DNA from: an uncultured Gammaproteobacteria bacterium
GTDB taxonomy: Bacteria; Pseudomonadota; Gammaproteobacteria; Xanthomonadales; Rhodanobacteraceae
DNA length: 64,000 nt
Assembly: GCA_963738115.1 (NCBI GenBank)
Contig: CAVTVN010000020.1
Span: 9,591-73,590, forward strand
Direction of reading: 5' to 3'
How positions within the stretch are numbered: the first letter of the stretch is position 1; each line of letters begins with the position of its first letter. Under the pieces are notes generated by a model. It saw nothing but the letters and a program-made list of their open reading frames with translations, was not told the DNA's origin and made no database searches. Positions 30,476 through 39,193 of the stretch are shown piece by piece. Both the position numbers and the translations under genes were made by a program.

Positions 30476-31887
30476 GCCTTGCCTGTCTCGACTCCGATCG
30501 GGTACTCGGGTGTCGTGTCGAGCGCGGCGGAGCAGACTTCGGCCAGTTCGAGCAGGCGCAGGTCGGAGCCGGGCGGTCCGAGAAACTGCAGGCCCAGCGG
30601 CAAGCCATCCGGCGTGACGCCCATCGGTATCGTGATCGCAGGACAACCCGACATGTTGGCGAAGCTGGTGAAGTCGCCCTGGTTGTCCGGCAACGGCGAG
30701 CCCAGGGCGAACGCGGCTTGTGGCGTGGTCGGCGTGACCAGCACGTCGACCTGCGCAAACAGTCGCCGCGCCGCGACGCCGGCATCGTCGATCAAGCGAT
30801 CGGCGAGCGCATAGTCGGCGGCGGATTTTCCGCGCGCGTAATCGAGGAGGCGCGTCAACTCGGACGACACCGGATGTGCGGCATCGGCCAGCGCACGCGC
30901 GTGCGTCAGCAGGATTTCCGTTTCGATCAGGAAGAAGGCGGCACGGCGCGCACGCTGCATCGGGAAGTCGCCAAAATCCACAATGCGGCAATTTCCCAGT
31001 TCCTGGGCGAGCACGGTACGCGCGCTGTCGAAAGCGGCCACGACTGCCGGTTCGGTGCCGAGTGCGGCCAGGTCGCCGAGCACACCGACGCGCAGCTTGC
31101 CTGGCTCCCAGTCCGGCAATGCGAGGTCGACGCGGCGCCGGCGCGAACGCGAATCTTCGGCGTCATAGCCGGCCAGCACGTGCAGCAGGATGCTCAGGTC
31201 GTCGACGCAGCGCGCGATCATACCGATGCAGTCGAGCCGCCGCGCAGCCGGCAGCATGCCGTGCGTGGAGATTTCCGCCGACGTCGGCTTCAGTCCGAAC
31301 ACGCCGCAATAGCTCGCCGGAATGCGGATCGAACCGAGGCTGTCGGTGCCGATTGCGACGGCGCACAAGCCGGAGGCGACCGCAGCGGCGGCGCCACCGG
31401 AGGAGCCGCCGGCTTCGAAGCCGTGGCGGAACGGGTTGTGCGCAGCGCCCGTATGCGGATTGGCGCTCGATGCAACCAGACTCGCTTCGGGCACGTGGGT
31501 CTTGCCGAGAATGACCGCGCCGGCATGGCGCAGGCGCTCGACGACGTGAGCGTCGCGCGCGGCTGGTGCGGCGGGCGCCGGCATGCCGCAGCGCGTTGGC
31601 AACCCGGCGACGTCGAGGTTGTCCTTGATCGATACCGGAACGCCTTCCAGCCGCCCGAACACTCCGCCGGCACGGCGCGCATCGGCGGCCTGAGCTTCGC
31701 CGCGGGCAGCGCTGTTCACGTGCACGTAGGCGTTGAACCGGGGATTGTCGCGCGCGATCGCCGCAAGATAATGGTCGCAAAGGTCGGTTGCGCTGATGCG
31801 GCCTGCGGCCAGCCAGTGCAGGGTCTGGCACAGATTGGCGCCGCGCAGCTCCCGCTCCGCGGGCGGCTGGGTTATGTTGTCCGTCAT
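30472..31887 (-). CDS. Amidase signature family enzyme
   Basis: GVPVSIKDN, GGSSGG, GTDSLGSIRIPAS. ATG 31887 follows GGGAG. Confidence 0.92.
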   Translation of the reverse strand: MTDNITQPPAERELRGANLCQTLHWLAAGRISATDLCDHYLAAIARDNPRFNAYVHVNSAARGEAQAADARRAGGVFGRLEGVPVSIKDNLDVAGLPTRCGMPAPAAPAARDAHVVERLRHAGAVILGKTHVPEASLVASSANPHTGAAHNPFRHGFEAGGSSGGAAAAVASGLCAVAIGTDSLGSIRIPASYCGVFGLKPTSAEISTHGMLPAARRLDCIGMIARCVDDLSILLHVLAGYDAEDSRSRRRRVDLALPDWEPGKLRVGVLGDLAALGTEPAVVAAFDSARTVLAQELGNCRIVDFGDFPMQRARRAAFFLIETEILLTHARALADAAHPVSSELTRLLDYARGKSAADYALADRLIDDAGVAARRLFAQVDVLVTPTTPQAAFALGSPLPDNQGDFTSFANMSGCPAITIPMGVTPDGLPLGLQFLGPPGSDLRLLELAEVCSAALDTTPEYPIGVETGKA

Positions 31888-31914
31888 GCACAGACTCCCG
31901 ATCCAGCAGACATT

Positions 31915-32712
31915 ATGACCGAATTGCAGCACGCCGCCGACGAGGAGCAAGGCCATCGGCCCGGCTTGCGTTCGTCGCGGCGGCCGCGCTATCTCAAGAT
32001 CGCCGAGCTGCTGCGCGCGGAGATCCACAACGGCACGCATGCGGTCGGCCGGCGCATGCCGACCGAAGACGTGCTGTGCCGGCGCTTCTCCGTCAGCCGC
32101 TTCACCGTGCGTGAAGCGCTGCGCCAACTCGAGGAGCTCGGCCTCATCGCGCGCCGACGCGGCACCAGCGGCATCGTCCTGTCAACCGAGCCGCGCATCC
32201 ACTACGATCAGCAGATCCGCTCGATCGACGAGTTGCTGCAATACAAGCAGGCCGGTGATTTCCAGCTGCTGCACAGCGATCGCCTGCTTGCCGACTCGAC
32301 CATCGCCGGCTGGCTCAATGCGCGCGTCGGCATCGAGTATGTGCAACTGCATGGCGTGCGCTTTCAACGCCGTACGCGGCAGCCGTTCTGCCTGACCGAC
32401 GTCTATCGCCGCGCCAGCTGGCAGGGCCTGCCGAAGGGCCACCTGCAGCTGATCGACGCGGTACGCGCACTGTTCGAGGAGCAGTTCGAGCAACGCATCG
32501 CCAGCGTCGAGCAGACGTTGAGCGCCATCGCGCTCAGCGCCGAGCAGGCGCGCGAACTGAAAGTCGCGCCGGACACGCCGGCCCTGCGCAGCCTGCGCCG
32601 CTACTTCGACCACAAGGGCAAGCTCGTCGTCGTCGTCGCCGCGATCCACCCCGGGGACCTCTACAGCTACGTCATGCGCTATGAACGCAGCGATCTTGCG
32701 CTGCACGTATGA
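31915..32712 (+). CDS. GntR (HutC/UTRA-type) transcriptional regulator
   Basis: PRYLKIAELLR...MPTEDVLCRRFSVSRFTVREAL wHTH plus UTRA-like C-terminus; start uncertain. Confidence 0.9.
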   Translation: MTELQHAADEEQGHRPGLRSSRRPRYLKIAELLRAEIHNGTHAVGRRMPTEDVLCRRFSVSRFTVREALRQLEELGLIARRRGTSGIVLSTEPRIHYDQQIRSIDELLQYKQAGDFQLLHSDRLLADSTIAGWLNARVGIEYVQLHGVRFQRRTRQPFCLTDVYRRASWQGLPKGHLQLIDAVRALFEEQFEQRIASVEQTLSAIALSAEQARELKVAPDTPALRSLRRYFDHKGKLVVVVAAIHPGDLYSYVMRYERSDLALHV

Positions 32713-32778
32713 TGGCGCTCGCGTACCGTTGAAAACATCACGCCGGTGTTCTGAACCAGCCGGATCAAGAGCATTTCG

Positions 32779-32933
32779 GACGCGGATTTACGCGGATCAA
32801 CGCGGATGAAATATTGCTGTTGAAATGCCGCATGCCGATGCGCGTATCGTCCGAACCCGCTTTCTTGCAGACGTTCTCTTGCCTTATCGCCTTAATCCGC
32901 CTTGATCCGCCTTGATCCGCCTTGATCCGCGTC
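32779..32933. repeat. Inverted pair of 10-mer arrays (ACGCGGATNN)3 ... (TRATCCGCCT)4
   Basis: GACGCGGATTTACGCGGATCAACGCGGATGA at 32779-32809; TAATCCGCCTTGATCCGCCTTGATCCGCCTTGATCCGCGTC at 32893-32933. Confidence 0.85.
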
Positions 32934-33017
32934 AAAAAGTCTTTCCGTCCTGACTACCGGTTTGCCGTCGATTCGGCAAAGCCCGACAATGTCGGCAGGC
33001 AGACGGAGGCGGCAGCG

Positions 33018-34637
33018 ATGAGTCAGTTCGATGCGAGTCCGCGTGAAGCGATGGAATACGACGTCGTCACGGTCGGTGCCGGCCCGGCCGGCCTGGCGTT
33101 CGCGATCCGCCTGAAGCAGATCAAGCCTGATATCCGCGTCTGCGTGATCGAAAAGGCCTCGACGATCGGCGCACAGATCCTGTCCGGCGCGGTCATCGAA
33201 CCGCAGGCATTGAACGAACTGCTGCCGGAATGGGGCAAGAGCCCGCCGCCGATCTGCGTGCCGGTGACGAAGGACGAGTTCTGGTGGCTGCGCGATCATC
33301 AGCGCGCGATCAAATCGCCGATCACGCCGCCGCAGATGAACAATCACGGCAACTACATCGTCTCGCTCGGCGCGCTGTGCGCGTGGCTCGCGCCGCAGGC
33401 CGAGGCGCTCGGTGTCGAGATCTACCCGGGTTTCGCCGCGGCGGAACCCTTTTTCAATGCCGACGGCTCGGTCGGCGGCGTGCGCATCGGCGACATGGGC
33501 GTCGCCAAGGATGGTTCGCACAAAGCCGGCTACACGCAGGGCATCGACATCAAGGCGCCGATCACGGTGCTTGCGGAGGGCTGCCGCGGACACCTGACCA
33601 AGCAGCTGATTGCGAAATTCGAGCTCGACAAGGGCTGCAATCCGCAGACCTATGGAATTGGCATCAAGGAACTGTGGCAACTTCCTGCCGGCCGCGTCGA
33701 ACCCGGCAAGGTCGTGCACACGATCGGCTGGCCGATGGACAGCCGCACCTACGGCGGCAGTTTCCTCTATCACCTCGACAAGGACCGCGTCGCGATCGGT
33801 TTCGTCACGGGTCTGGACTATGAAGATCCGATGCTGGCGCCGTTCGAGGCATTCCAGCAGGTCAAGCATCACCCGCTGATCAAGCCATTGCTCGAAGGCG
33901 GCACGATCGTGTCGGCGGGCGCGCGCGCGATCGTCGAAGGTGGCTGGCAGTCTCTGCCGAACTGCGAGATGCCGGGTGCGATGCTGATCGGCGACAGCGC
34001 CGGGCTGCTCAACGTGCCCAAGATCAAAGGCACGCATCAGGCGATCCGCTCCGGCATGCTCGCTGCAGAACACGTCGCCGCAGCCGGCAAACCGGAAGGC
34101 TGGGATGCGAAGCTGCGCGGCTCGCCGATCGCCGCGGAGCTGAAGAAGGTGCGCAACATTCGCCCCGGTTTCAACGCCGGCTTCTGGCTCGGCCTGGCGA
34201 ATGCCGGCTGGGAAACGATCACGGTCGGTTATTCGCCGTGGACCTTGAAGAATCACGCCGATTACTCGGCACTGCGCAAGGTCGATTCATTCGAGCCGCA
34301 GCTGCGCGACTACGTTGAGCGTACTCTTCCGCCGCGCGACCGGCTGGCAGAAGTATACTTCGCCTCGACCCAGCACGACGAGGACCAGCCGGTTCACCTG
34401 CACGTCGCCGACACGAACATCTGCGTCACGAAGTGCGCCGAGGAGTACAAAAATCCGTGCACGCGGTTCTGCCCGGCCGGCGTCTACGAAATCGTCGGCG
34501 ACGGCGCCGACAAACGCCTGCAGATCAATGCCGCCAACTGCGTGCACTGCAAGACCTGCGACATCAAGGATCCGTACCAGATCATCAACTGGGTGACGCC
34601 GGAAGGCGGCAGCGGGCCGAACTACCAGAACTTGTAG
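33018..34637 (+). CDS. Electron transfer flavoprotein-ubiquinone oxidoreductase
   Basis: VTVGAGPAGL, ILSGAV, GIGIKELW, CTRFCPAGVYE, NCVHCKTCDIKDP, PEGGSGPNY. Start ATG 33018. Confidence 0.97.
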   Translation: MSQFDASPREAMEYDVVTVGAGPAGLAFAIRLKQIKPDIRVCVIEKASTIGAQILSGAVIEPQALNELLPEWGKSPPPICVPVTKDEFWWLRDHQRAIKSPITPPQMNNHGNYIVSLGALCAWLAPQAEALGVEIYPGFAAAEPFFNADGSVGGVRIGDMGVAKDGSHKAGYTQGIDIKAPITVLAEGCRGHLTKQLIAKFELDKGCNPQTYGIGIKELWQLPAGRVEPGKVVHTIGWPMDSRTYGGSFLYHLDKDRVAIGFVTGLDYEDPMLAPFEAFQQVKHHPLIKPLLEGGTIVSAGARAIVEGGWQSLPNCEMPGAMLIGDSAGLLNVPKIKGTHQAIRSGMLAAEHVAAAGKPEGWDAKLRGSPIAAELKKVRNIRPGFNAGFWLGLANAGWETITVGYSPWTLKNHADYSALRKVDSFEPQLRDYVERTLPPRDRLAEVYFASTQHDEDQPVHLHVADTNICVTKCAEEYKNPCTRFCPAGVYEIVGDGADKRLQINAANCVHCKTCDIKDPYQIINWVTPEGGSGPNYQNL

Positions 34638-34699
34638 GGAAGACGATGCGGTCGGGTTGCCTATGGCTGCTGCCCAGGGCAAGGAAAGTCCAACACCAT

Positions 34700-34732
34700 C
34701 CCCACCCAACCCTCCACTTGAAGGGGAGGGCT
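34700..34732. repeat. REP-like purine/pyrimidine hairpin between convergent genes
   Basis: CCCCACCCAA-CCCTCCACTT-G-AAGGGGAGGG-CT. Confidence 0.5.
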
Positions 34733-34767
34733 AAGAACCGCGGACCCGTCGATCTAGCTCAAGGTCG

Positions 34768-35253
34768 CTAACGGCGCTTGCGCGTGAAATCGGATTTCTT
34801 GTTCGGCGACGCGCGTGCTTCGAGATTGTCGAGCGCGGCCTCGATGCGCCGCTCGCGGGTCTCCGGCCGCTTCGCCGCGGCCAGCCAGTTGCCGATCTCG
34901 CGGCGCAAGGCGGCGGATGCTCGGTCGTAAAAGCGGCGCGCCGCCGGCCGTGCCTCCAGCGCCTTGAGAAAATCGTATGGGGTATCCGGTTCGCGCGACT
35001 TCATGTCGCGCTCGATCATGACCTCGAGACTGTCGCCGACGTCGAGCCAGCGTGCGCGCCACACGCGGCTGTGAATGAACAGGCGGTGCGCGCCGTTGCC
35101 GCGCGGCGTCAGCGTCGAGCGGAACGCGACGCCGGCAGCGGTTCCGCACACCGGAATCGAGGATTCGTCACCCAATGGGCGCGAGACTGCAGGCGGAACA
35201 TCGACGCAGCGCAGATAGCCGATCTTGTAGAGCTTGGCGCGGAATCGTTGCAT
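34768..35253 (-). CDS. DUF1905 / YdeI-OmdA-associated family protein
   Basis: IPVCGTAAGVAFRSTL...GDSLEVMIERD plus C-terminal WLAAAKRPETRERRI. ATG 35253. Confidence 0.8.
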   Translation of the reverse strand: MQRFRAKLYKIGYLRCVDVPPAVSRPLGDESSIPVCGTAAGVAFRSTLTPRGNGAHRLFIHSRVWRARWLDVGDSLEVMIERDMKSREPDTPYDFLKALEARPAARRFYDRASAALRREIGNWLAAAKRPETRERRIEAALDNLEARASPNKKSDFTRKRR

Positions 35254-35347
35254 CGGGCACGTTCGGGTGGGTCCAGCGCCGAGAATAGCGCAAGCGCCGC
35301 GCCGGGAACGAGAGCCGGTGGGCGTCTGGCGGACCACCAAGGCCGCC

Positions 35348-35381
35348 AACGAACAGGGCCGGACGCGAACGCCCGGCCCTG
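35348..35381 (-). terminator. Probable intrinsic terminator after the YXWGXW gene
   Basis: Minus strand CAGGGCCGGGCG-TTCG-CGTCCGGCCCTG followed by TTCGTT (weak U tract). Confidence 0.5.
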
Positions 35382-35448
35382 CCTTCAATCAACGCATCTG
35401 TGCTGATCTGGCGAGAACTGCGCCAGGCCACTGATCAGCCGGACGCCG

Positions 35449-35751
35449 TCACTGCCAGTGACCGGCGACGAAATGCCAGCGGCCGTGGCGGTCCTCCCAC
35501 GTGTCGGCAACCCAGTGGTGGCCATGGTGCTCATGGATGTAGCGACCCTGGACCCACACGTGCTCGTGACCGTTGTAGTTCCAATAGCCTGGCGCCCACA
35601 CGTAGCCGACACGGGCGTCGGGTACGACTTCGACGCGCGGCGCCGGCGGTGCGACGTCCACGTCTACGTAGACGCGGGCGCTACCGACAGACGGAAGCAC
35701 CGCTGCACCAACCCCCAGGGCAACGCAGAAAACTGCAGTTTTGATCGACAT
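35449..35751 (-). CDS. YXWGXW-repeat secreted protein (100 aa)
   Basis: Signal peptide, APPAPRVEVVP, GYVWAPGYW, VWVQGRY, HWVADTW, FVAGHW; RBS AAGGAGG. Confidence 0.9.
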   Translation of the reverse strand: MSIKTAVFCVALGVGAAVLPSVGSARVYVDVDVAPPAPRVEVVPDARVGYVWAPGYWNYNGHEHVWVQGRYIHEHHGHHWVADTWEDRHGRWHFVAGHWQ

Positions 35752-35962
35752 GCTTGCCTCCTTGATCGTTCGTTGACGACGACGCGGCGTGCGCCATCGG
35801 TGCGCAAACGATACGAAGACCTTTGTGAATTATCCCGAAACCCTGCCCAGCGGCGGCGCACGCAGTACAGTGGAGATTCAGGCAATGGCCGGGGGAGGTT
35901 CTGTTTATTTTTATACAATGATGCACTGTTGCCGAAGTCGCCGCGACGGATCGAAACGCCGC

Positions 35963-36688
35963 TCACAAGTTGCAACTGAGCACCTGCGCGACAGCGCCAT
36001 CGCTTTCGCGCTGGACGAAGGCGACGACGGTGGCGTGCATGGTGTCGAGATCCTTCGGCAGCTTGAGGTCGGCTTCGCCGGTGAGCGGCAGCGGGCCGGC
36101 AAACGCGCGCACGACATGATCGTGGCGCAGCACGTTGCCGCGATTTTCACCGGCGCGCACCTGCGACACCAGGCCATCCTCGGTGACCGCCACATAATTG
36201 CGGAAACCGCCGGCGTCGGCCGGATGGTCCATCGCCGTGTCGACACTCACGTGCAGCGCCGGACCCGGCGTGATCGTCATGCGCATGGCGGCCGCGCTGG
36301 TCGCGGTTTCCGCGCGGCTCTGGCTTCGATGCCAGCCGGACCAGTTGCGACCGTCCAGGACCAGTTGCGGCGTGAACACACCGGTAGCGCCGTCACGCAC
36401 TGCCTGCCGTTGCTGCCGGCCGGAAAAGCGCCGATCGGCGAAGGGGTCGCGCCAACCGAGCGAATCCCAGTAATCGACGTGGAATTCCAGCGCAGTCAGG
36501 TTCGCCTCGGCAGGCAGCTGGCGCAGCCATTCGTCGGCCGGCGGACACGAACTGCAACCTTCGCTCGTGTACAGCTCGACCAGGCGCGGTCGCGGCGATG
36601 CGCCTTGTGCCGTGCACTCGGCCGAAGCGGATGTGGCAACTCCGCAGGCCACGGCCAGCACGAGAATCAGGTTTGTTCGCAGGCGCAT
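35963..36688 (-). CDS. DUF1223 thioredoxin-like secreted protein
   Basis: LVELYTSEGCSSCPPAD, FHVDYWDSLGWRDPF, GENRGNVLRHDHVVR. Confidence 0.93.
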   Translation of the reverse strand: MRLRTNLILVLAVACGVATSASAECTAQGASPRPRLVELYTSEGCSSCPPADEWLRQLPAEANLTALEFHVDYWDSLGWRDPFADRRFSGRQQRQAVRDGATGVFTPQLVLDGRNWSGWHRSQSRAETATSAAAMRMTITPGPALHVSVDTAMDHPADAGGFRNYVAVTEDGLVSQVRAGENRGNVLRHDHVVRAFAGPLPLTGEADLKLPKDLDTMHATVVAFVQRESDGAVAQVLSCNL

Positions 36689-36876
36689 CGGTGTCTCAAT
36701 CGGTCACATCAATGTGGCGGTTCTGAGACCGGTATGCGTGTCCGCTGCTTTCGTCTTCACAGCCGATCGTGCGAAGCCTTACCATGTGCTATCCGTCGCA
36801 GCACGATCCGCTGCGCGCGGCACTCACGCGGTCACCCAACCCGACCGGCGCCCCGAAAACTCGAGTGAACAGTTGC

Positions 36877-37813
36877 ATGAATCCTGACGACACCGGCCGG
36901 GCAGACCGGACTCCGCAGCTCGCCCTGATCACGGCCGCCGCCGCCCGCGATCTCGACGAAGACCTGCCGCCGCTCGAAGCTGCATTGCGCGCGCTCCCGG
37001 GCATCAGCACCCACATCGTCAATTGGGACGATGGCGGCGTCGACTGGTCGACATTCGATCTGGCGCTGCTGCGCTCGACCTGGGACTACTCGCAGCGCCT
37101 GCCGGAATTCCTGGCCTGGGCTGCACGCGTCATCGGCGGCGACCACGTTGCTCAATCCGCTGCCCGTCGTGCGCTGGAATACCGACAAGCATTACCTGCG
37201 CGACCTGGCAGAATCCGGCATAACCACGGTGCCGAGTTTTTTCGTCGAACCCGGCGAAGACGCTTTGGCGGCCCTGCACCAGTTCCTCGATGCGCAGCGA
37301 CCGGCCGAGTTCGTCGTCAAGCCATCGATCGGCGCCGGCTCGCGCGACGCGCAACGCTATGGCAGCGACGAGATCGAGGCGGCGACGGCACATGTCCGGC
37401 GCCTGCTCGATGCACGCCGCAGCGTGCTGCTGCAGCCGTATCTCGAACGCGTCGACGAACACGGCGAGACGGCGCTGATCTTCTTCGCCGGCCATTTCAG
37501 CCATGCGATCCGCAAAGGACCATTGCTGCGCCGTGGAGAAGGGCCGACTCGCGCGCTGTTTGCCGTGGAGCAGATCACCGCGCGCACGCCGAGCAAGGAG
37601 GAATTGCAGCTGGCCGAGCGCACGCTTGCCGCCATGCCGTTTCCAGGTTCGCTGCTGTATGCCCGCGTCGACCTGATCCACGATGCCGGCGGGACGCCGT
37701 GCGTGCTCGAGCTCGAGTTGACCGAACCTTCGTTGTTCTTCGATCACGCGCCAGGATCTGCCGGGCGTTTCGCCCAGGCAGTCGCGGCAAGCGCGGCCAC
37801 GGCGAAACGCTGA
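36877..37813 (+). pseudogene. RimK/GshB-like ATP-grasp protein with +1 frameshift at about 37132
   Basis: Frame 1: DEDLPPL...WDDGGVDWSTFDLALLRSTWDY...WAARV. After one extra base, frame 2: SAATTLLNPLPVVRWNTDKHYL...VVKPSIGAGS...YARVDL...LELELTEPSLF. Confidence 0.8.
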
Positions 37814-37844
37814 CCCGCGTTTCGTAGCCCGGCGGCGCGCGGCG

Positions 37845-37869
37845 TTTACAGACGTTTACGAGCATTTAC
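37845..37869. promoter_or_regulatory. Three phased TTTAC boxes (GTAAA-N5-GTAAA-N5-GTAAA on the minus strand), CpxR-like site
   Basis: TTTAC at 37845, 37855 and 37865, exact 10-bp period, about 90 nt upstream of the EF-hand gene. Confidence 0.6.
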
Positions 37870-37958
37870 CGCGTCGACGCGGTGATGCCGTCAACTTGGC
37901 GCCGCTTCGCACGTTGTTGCCTTCCGTGGACCCGCACCATTACGCCTTCGGAGGCTTT

Positions 37959-38801
37959 ATGTTTCGCATCATTCGTCGCACCGCGCTCGCCGCGCTGCCC
38001 ATGGCTGTCATTTCGGTCTGCGCGTTGGCGCAGGCAGCCGATCCCCCGGCACCGGGCGGGCATGCGAATTTTGCCCAGCGCGCAATACAAAAGATGGACA
38101 CCAACGGAGACGGCCGCATTTCCCTCGACGAATATCTCGCCGCGGCCGCCGTGCATTTCAAGAGCCTGGACAGTCAGAACAAGGGCAGCATCGATGCCAC
38201 GGATCTGGCCAGCTCGAAAACAGCGATCATGCGCATCGACCATCGCGCCAACGCGCTGGTGCGGCGCCTCGACACCGCTGACAACGGCTACGTGACGCAG
38301 GACGAATTCGTCGCCGCGGCGCAGAAGCGCTTTGCCCGCCTCGACAAGAACGGCGACGGCAAGCTGACTCCGGACGAATTGAGTGCGCGCGGCCGGCAGG
38401 GCACGGACTCATCGACCGGTGCTGCAGCGGGCAAGTGGGCACAGGCCGTGCAGAAACGCTTCGCCGCGGCGGATACGAATCACGATGGCGTCGTGACGCT
38501 CGATGAGTATGTCGCAGTTGCCAAGGCGCACTACGCCAAGCTCGACCTCCAGCACAACGGCAAGGTCACGGCCAGCGAGATCGCGGCGTCGCCGGCGACC
38601 CAGGAGCGCGCCCTGCACGTGGCCAATCGTTTTGTCCAGCACATGGACACCAATGGCGACGGCGTCGTTTCGCAGGACGAGTTCCTGGCCGCCGCCAAGG
38701 CACGCTTCGCGAAGATCGACAAGAACGGCGACGGCTTCATCGACGCCGACGAAATGGCCGGCCAGCGCTGGGCCGGCAAGGGCCACGCGCATCCAGGCTG
38801 A
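37959..38801 (+). CDS. Secreted protein with eight EF-hand loops (280 aa)
   Basis: GGAGG RBS and signal peptide; loops DTNGDGRISLDE, DSQNKGSIDATD, DTADNGYVTQDE, DKNGDGKLTPDE, DTNHDGVVTLDE, DLQHNGKVTASE, DTNGDGVVSQDE, DKNGDGFIDADE. Confidence 0.93.
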   Translation: MFRIIRRTALAALPMAVISVCALAQAADPPAPGGHANFAQRAIQKMDTNGDGRISLDEYLAAAAVHFKSLDSQNKGSIDATDLASSKTAIMRIDHRANALVRRLDTADNGYVTQDEFVAAAQKRFARLDKNGDGKLTPDELSARGRQGTDSSTGAAAGKWAQAVQKRFAAADTNHDGVVTLDEYVAVAKAHYAKLDLQHNGKVTASEIAASPATQERALHVANRFVQHMDTNGDGVVSQDEFLAAAKARFAKIDKNGDGFIDADEMAGQRWAGKGHAHPG

Positions 38802-38827
38802 ACCCAGGCATCACTTGCTGTACTCAC

Positions 38828-38852
38828 GGGCCGCGCACGCGGCCCTTTTTTT
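38828..38852 (+). terminator. Intrinsic terminator
   Basis: GGGCCGC-GCAC-GCGGCCC followed by T7. Confidence 0.9.
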
Positions 38853-38855
38853 CAC

Positions 38856-39087
38856 CGCCATGGATGGCGGGGATGCCGAAATTGCAGGAGCAAATTTCGG
38901 CCGGTGCCTGGACGGCCCGGTACACCGGAGACGAAAGAGCACTATTCGGCCATGCCGGCCGGAATGCCGAAATTGCAGGAGCAAATTTCGGCCGGCGCCT
39001 GGATGGCCCAACACACCGGAAACGAAGAGCAGTTTTCGGCCATGGCCGCGGGGATACCGGAGATGCAGGAGCAAATCTCGGCCGGCG
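38856..39087 (+). repeat. Tandem array (~91-nt period, ~45-nt subunits) of GGA-loop hairpins
   Basis: CCATG starts at 38858, 38950 and 39040; core GCCGAAATTGCAGGAGCAAATTTCGGC twice plus a variant; 12 GGA trinucleotides on the + strand. Confidence 0.9.
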
Positions 39088-39193
39088 AACCAGAAATTTC
39101 CGCCTCCCGGCCGGTAATCTGCGCAGCGGTCCCCGCACACGGTAGAATTCGCTCCTTTCCGCCGGCGCAGGATCGGCAACCGGGGTCGAATCG

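Noticed and set aside
30451-32712. 753-aa GntR fusion protein
   Set aside because: The first 488 codons are the antisense shadow of the amidase gene.
38856-39087. CRISPR array
   Set aside because: The intervening segments are similar to each other rather than unique, there are only three cores, and no cas genes are present.
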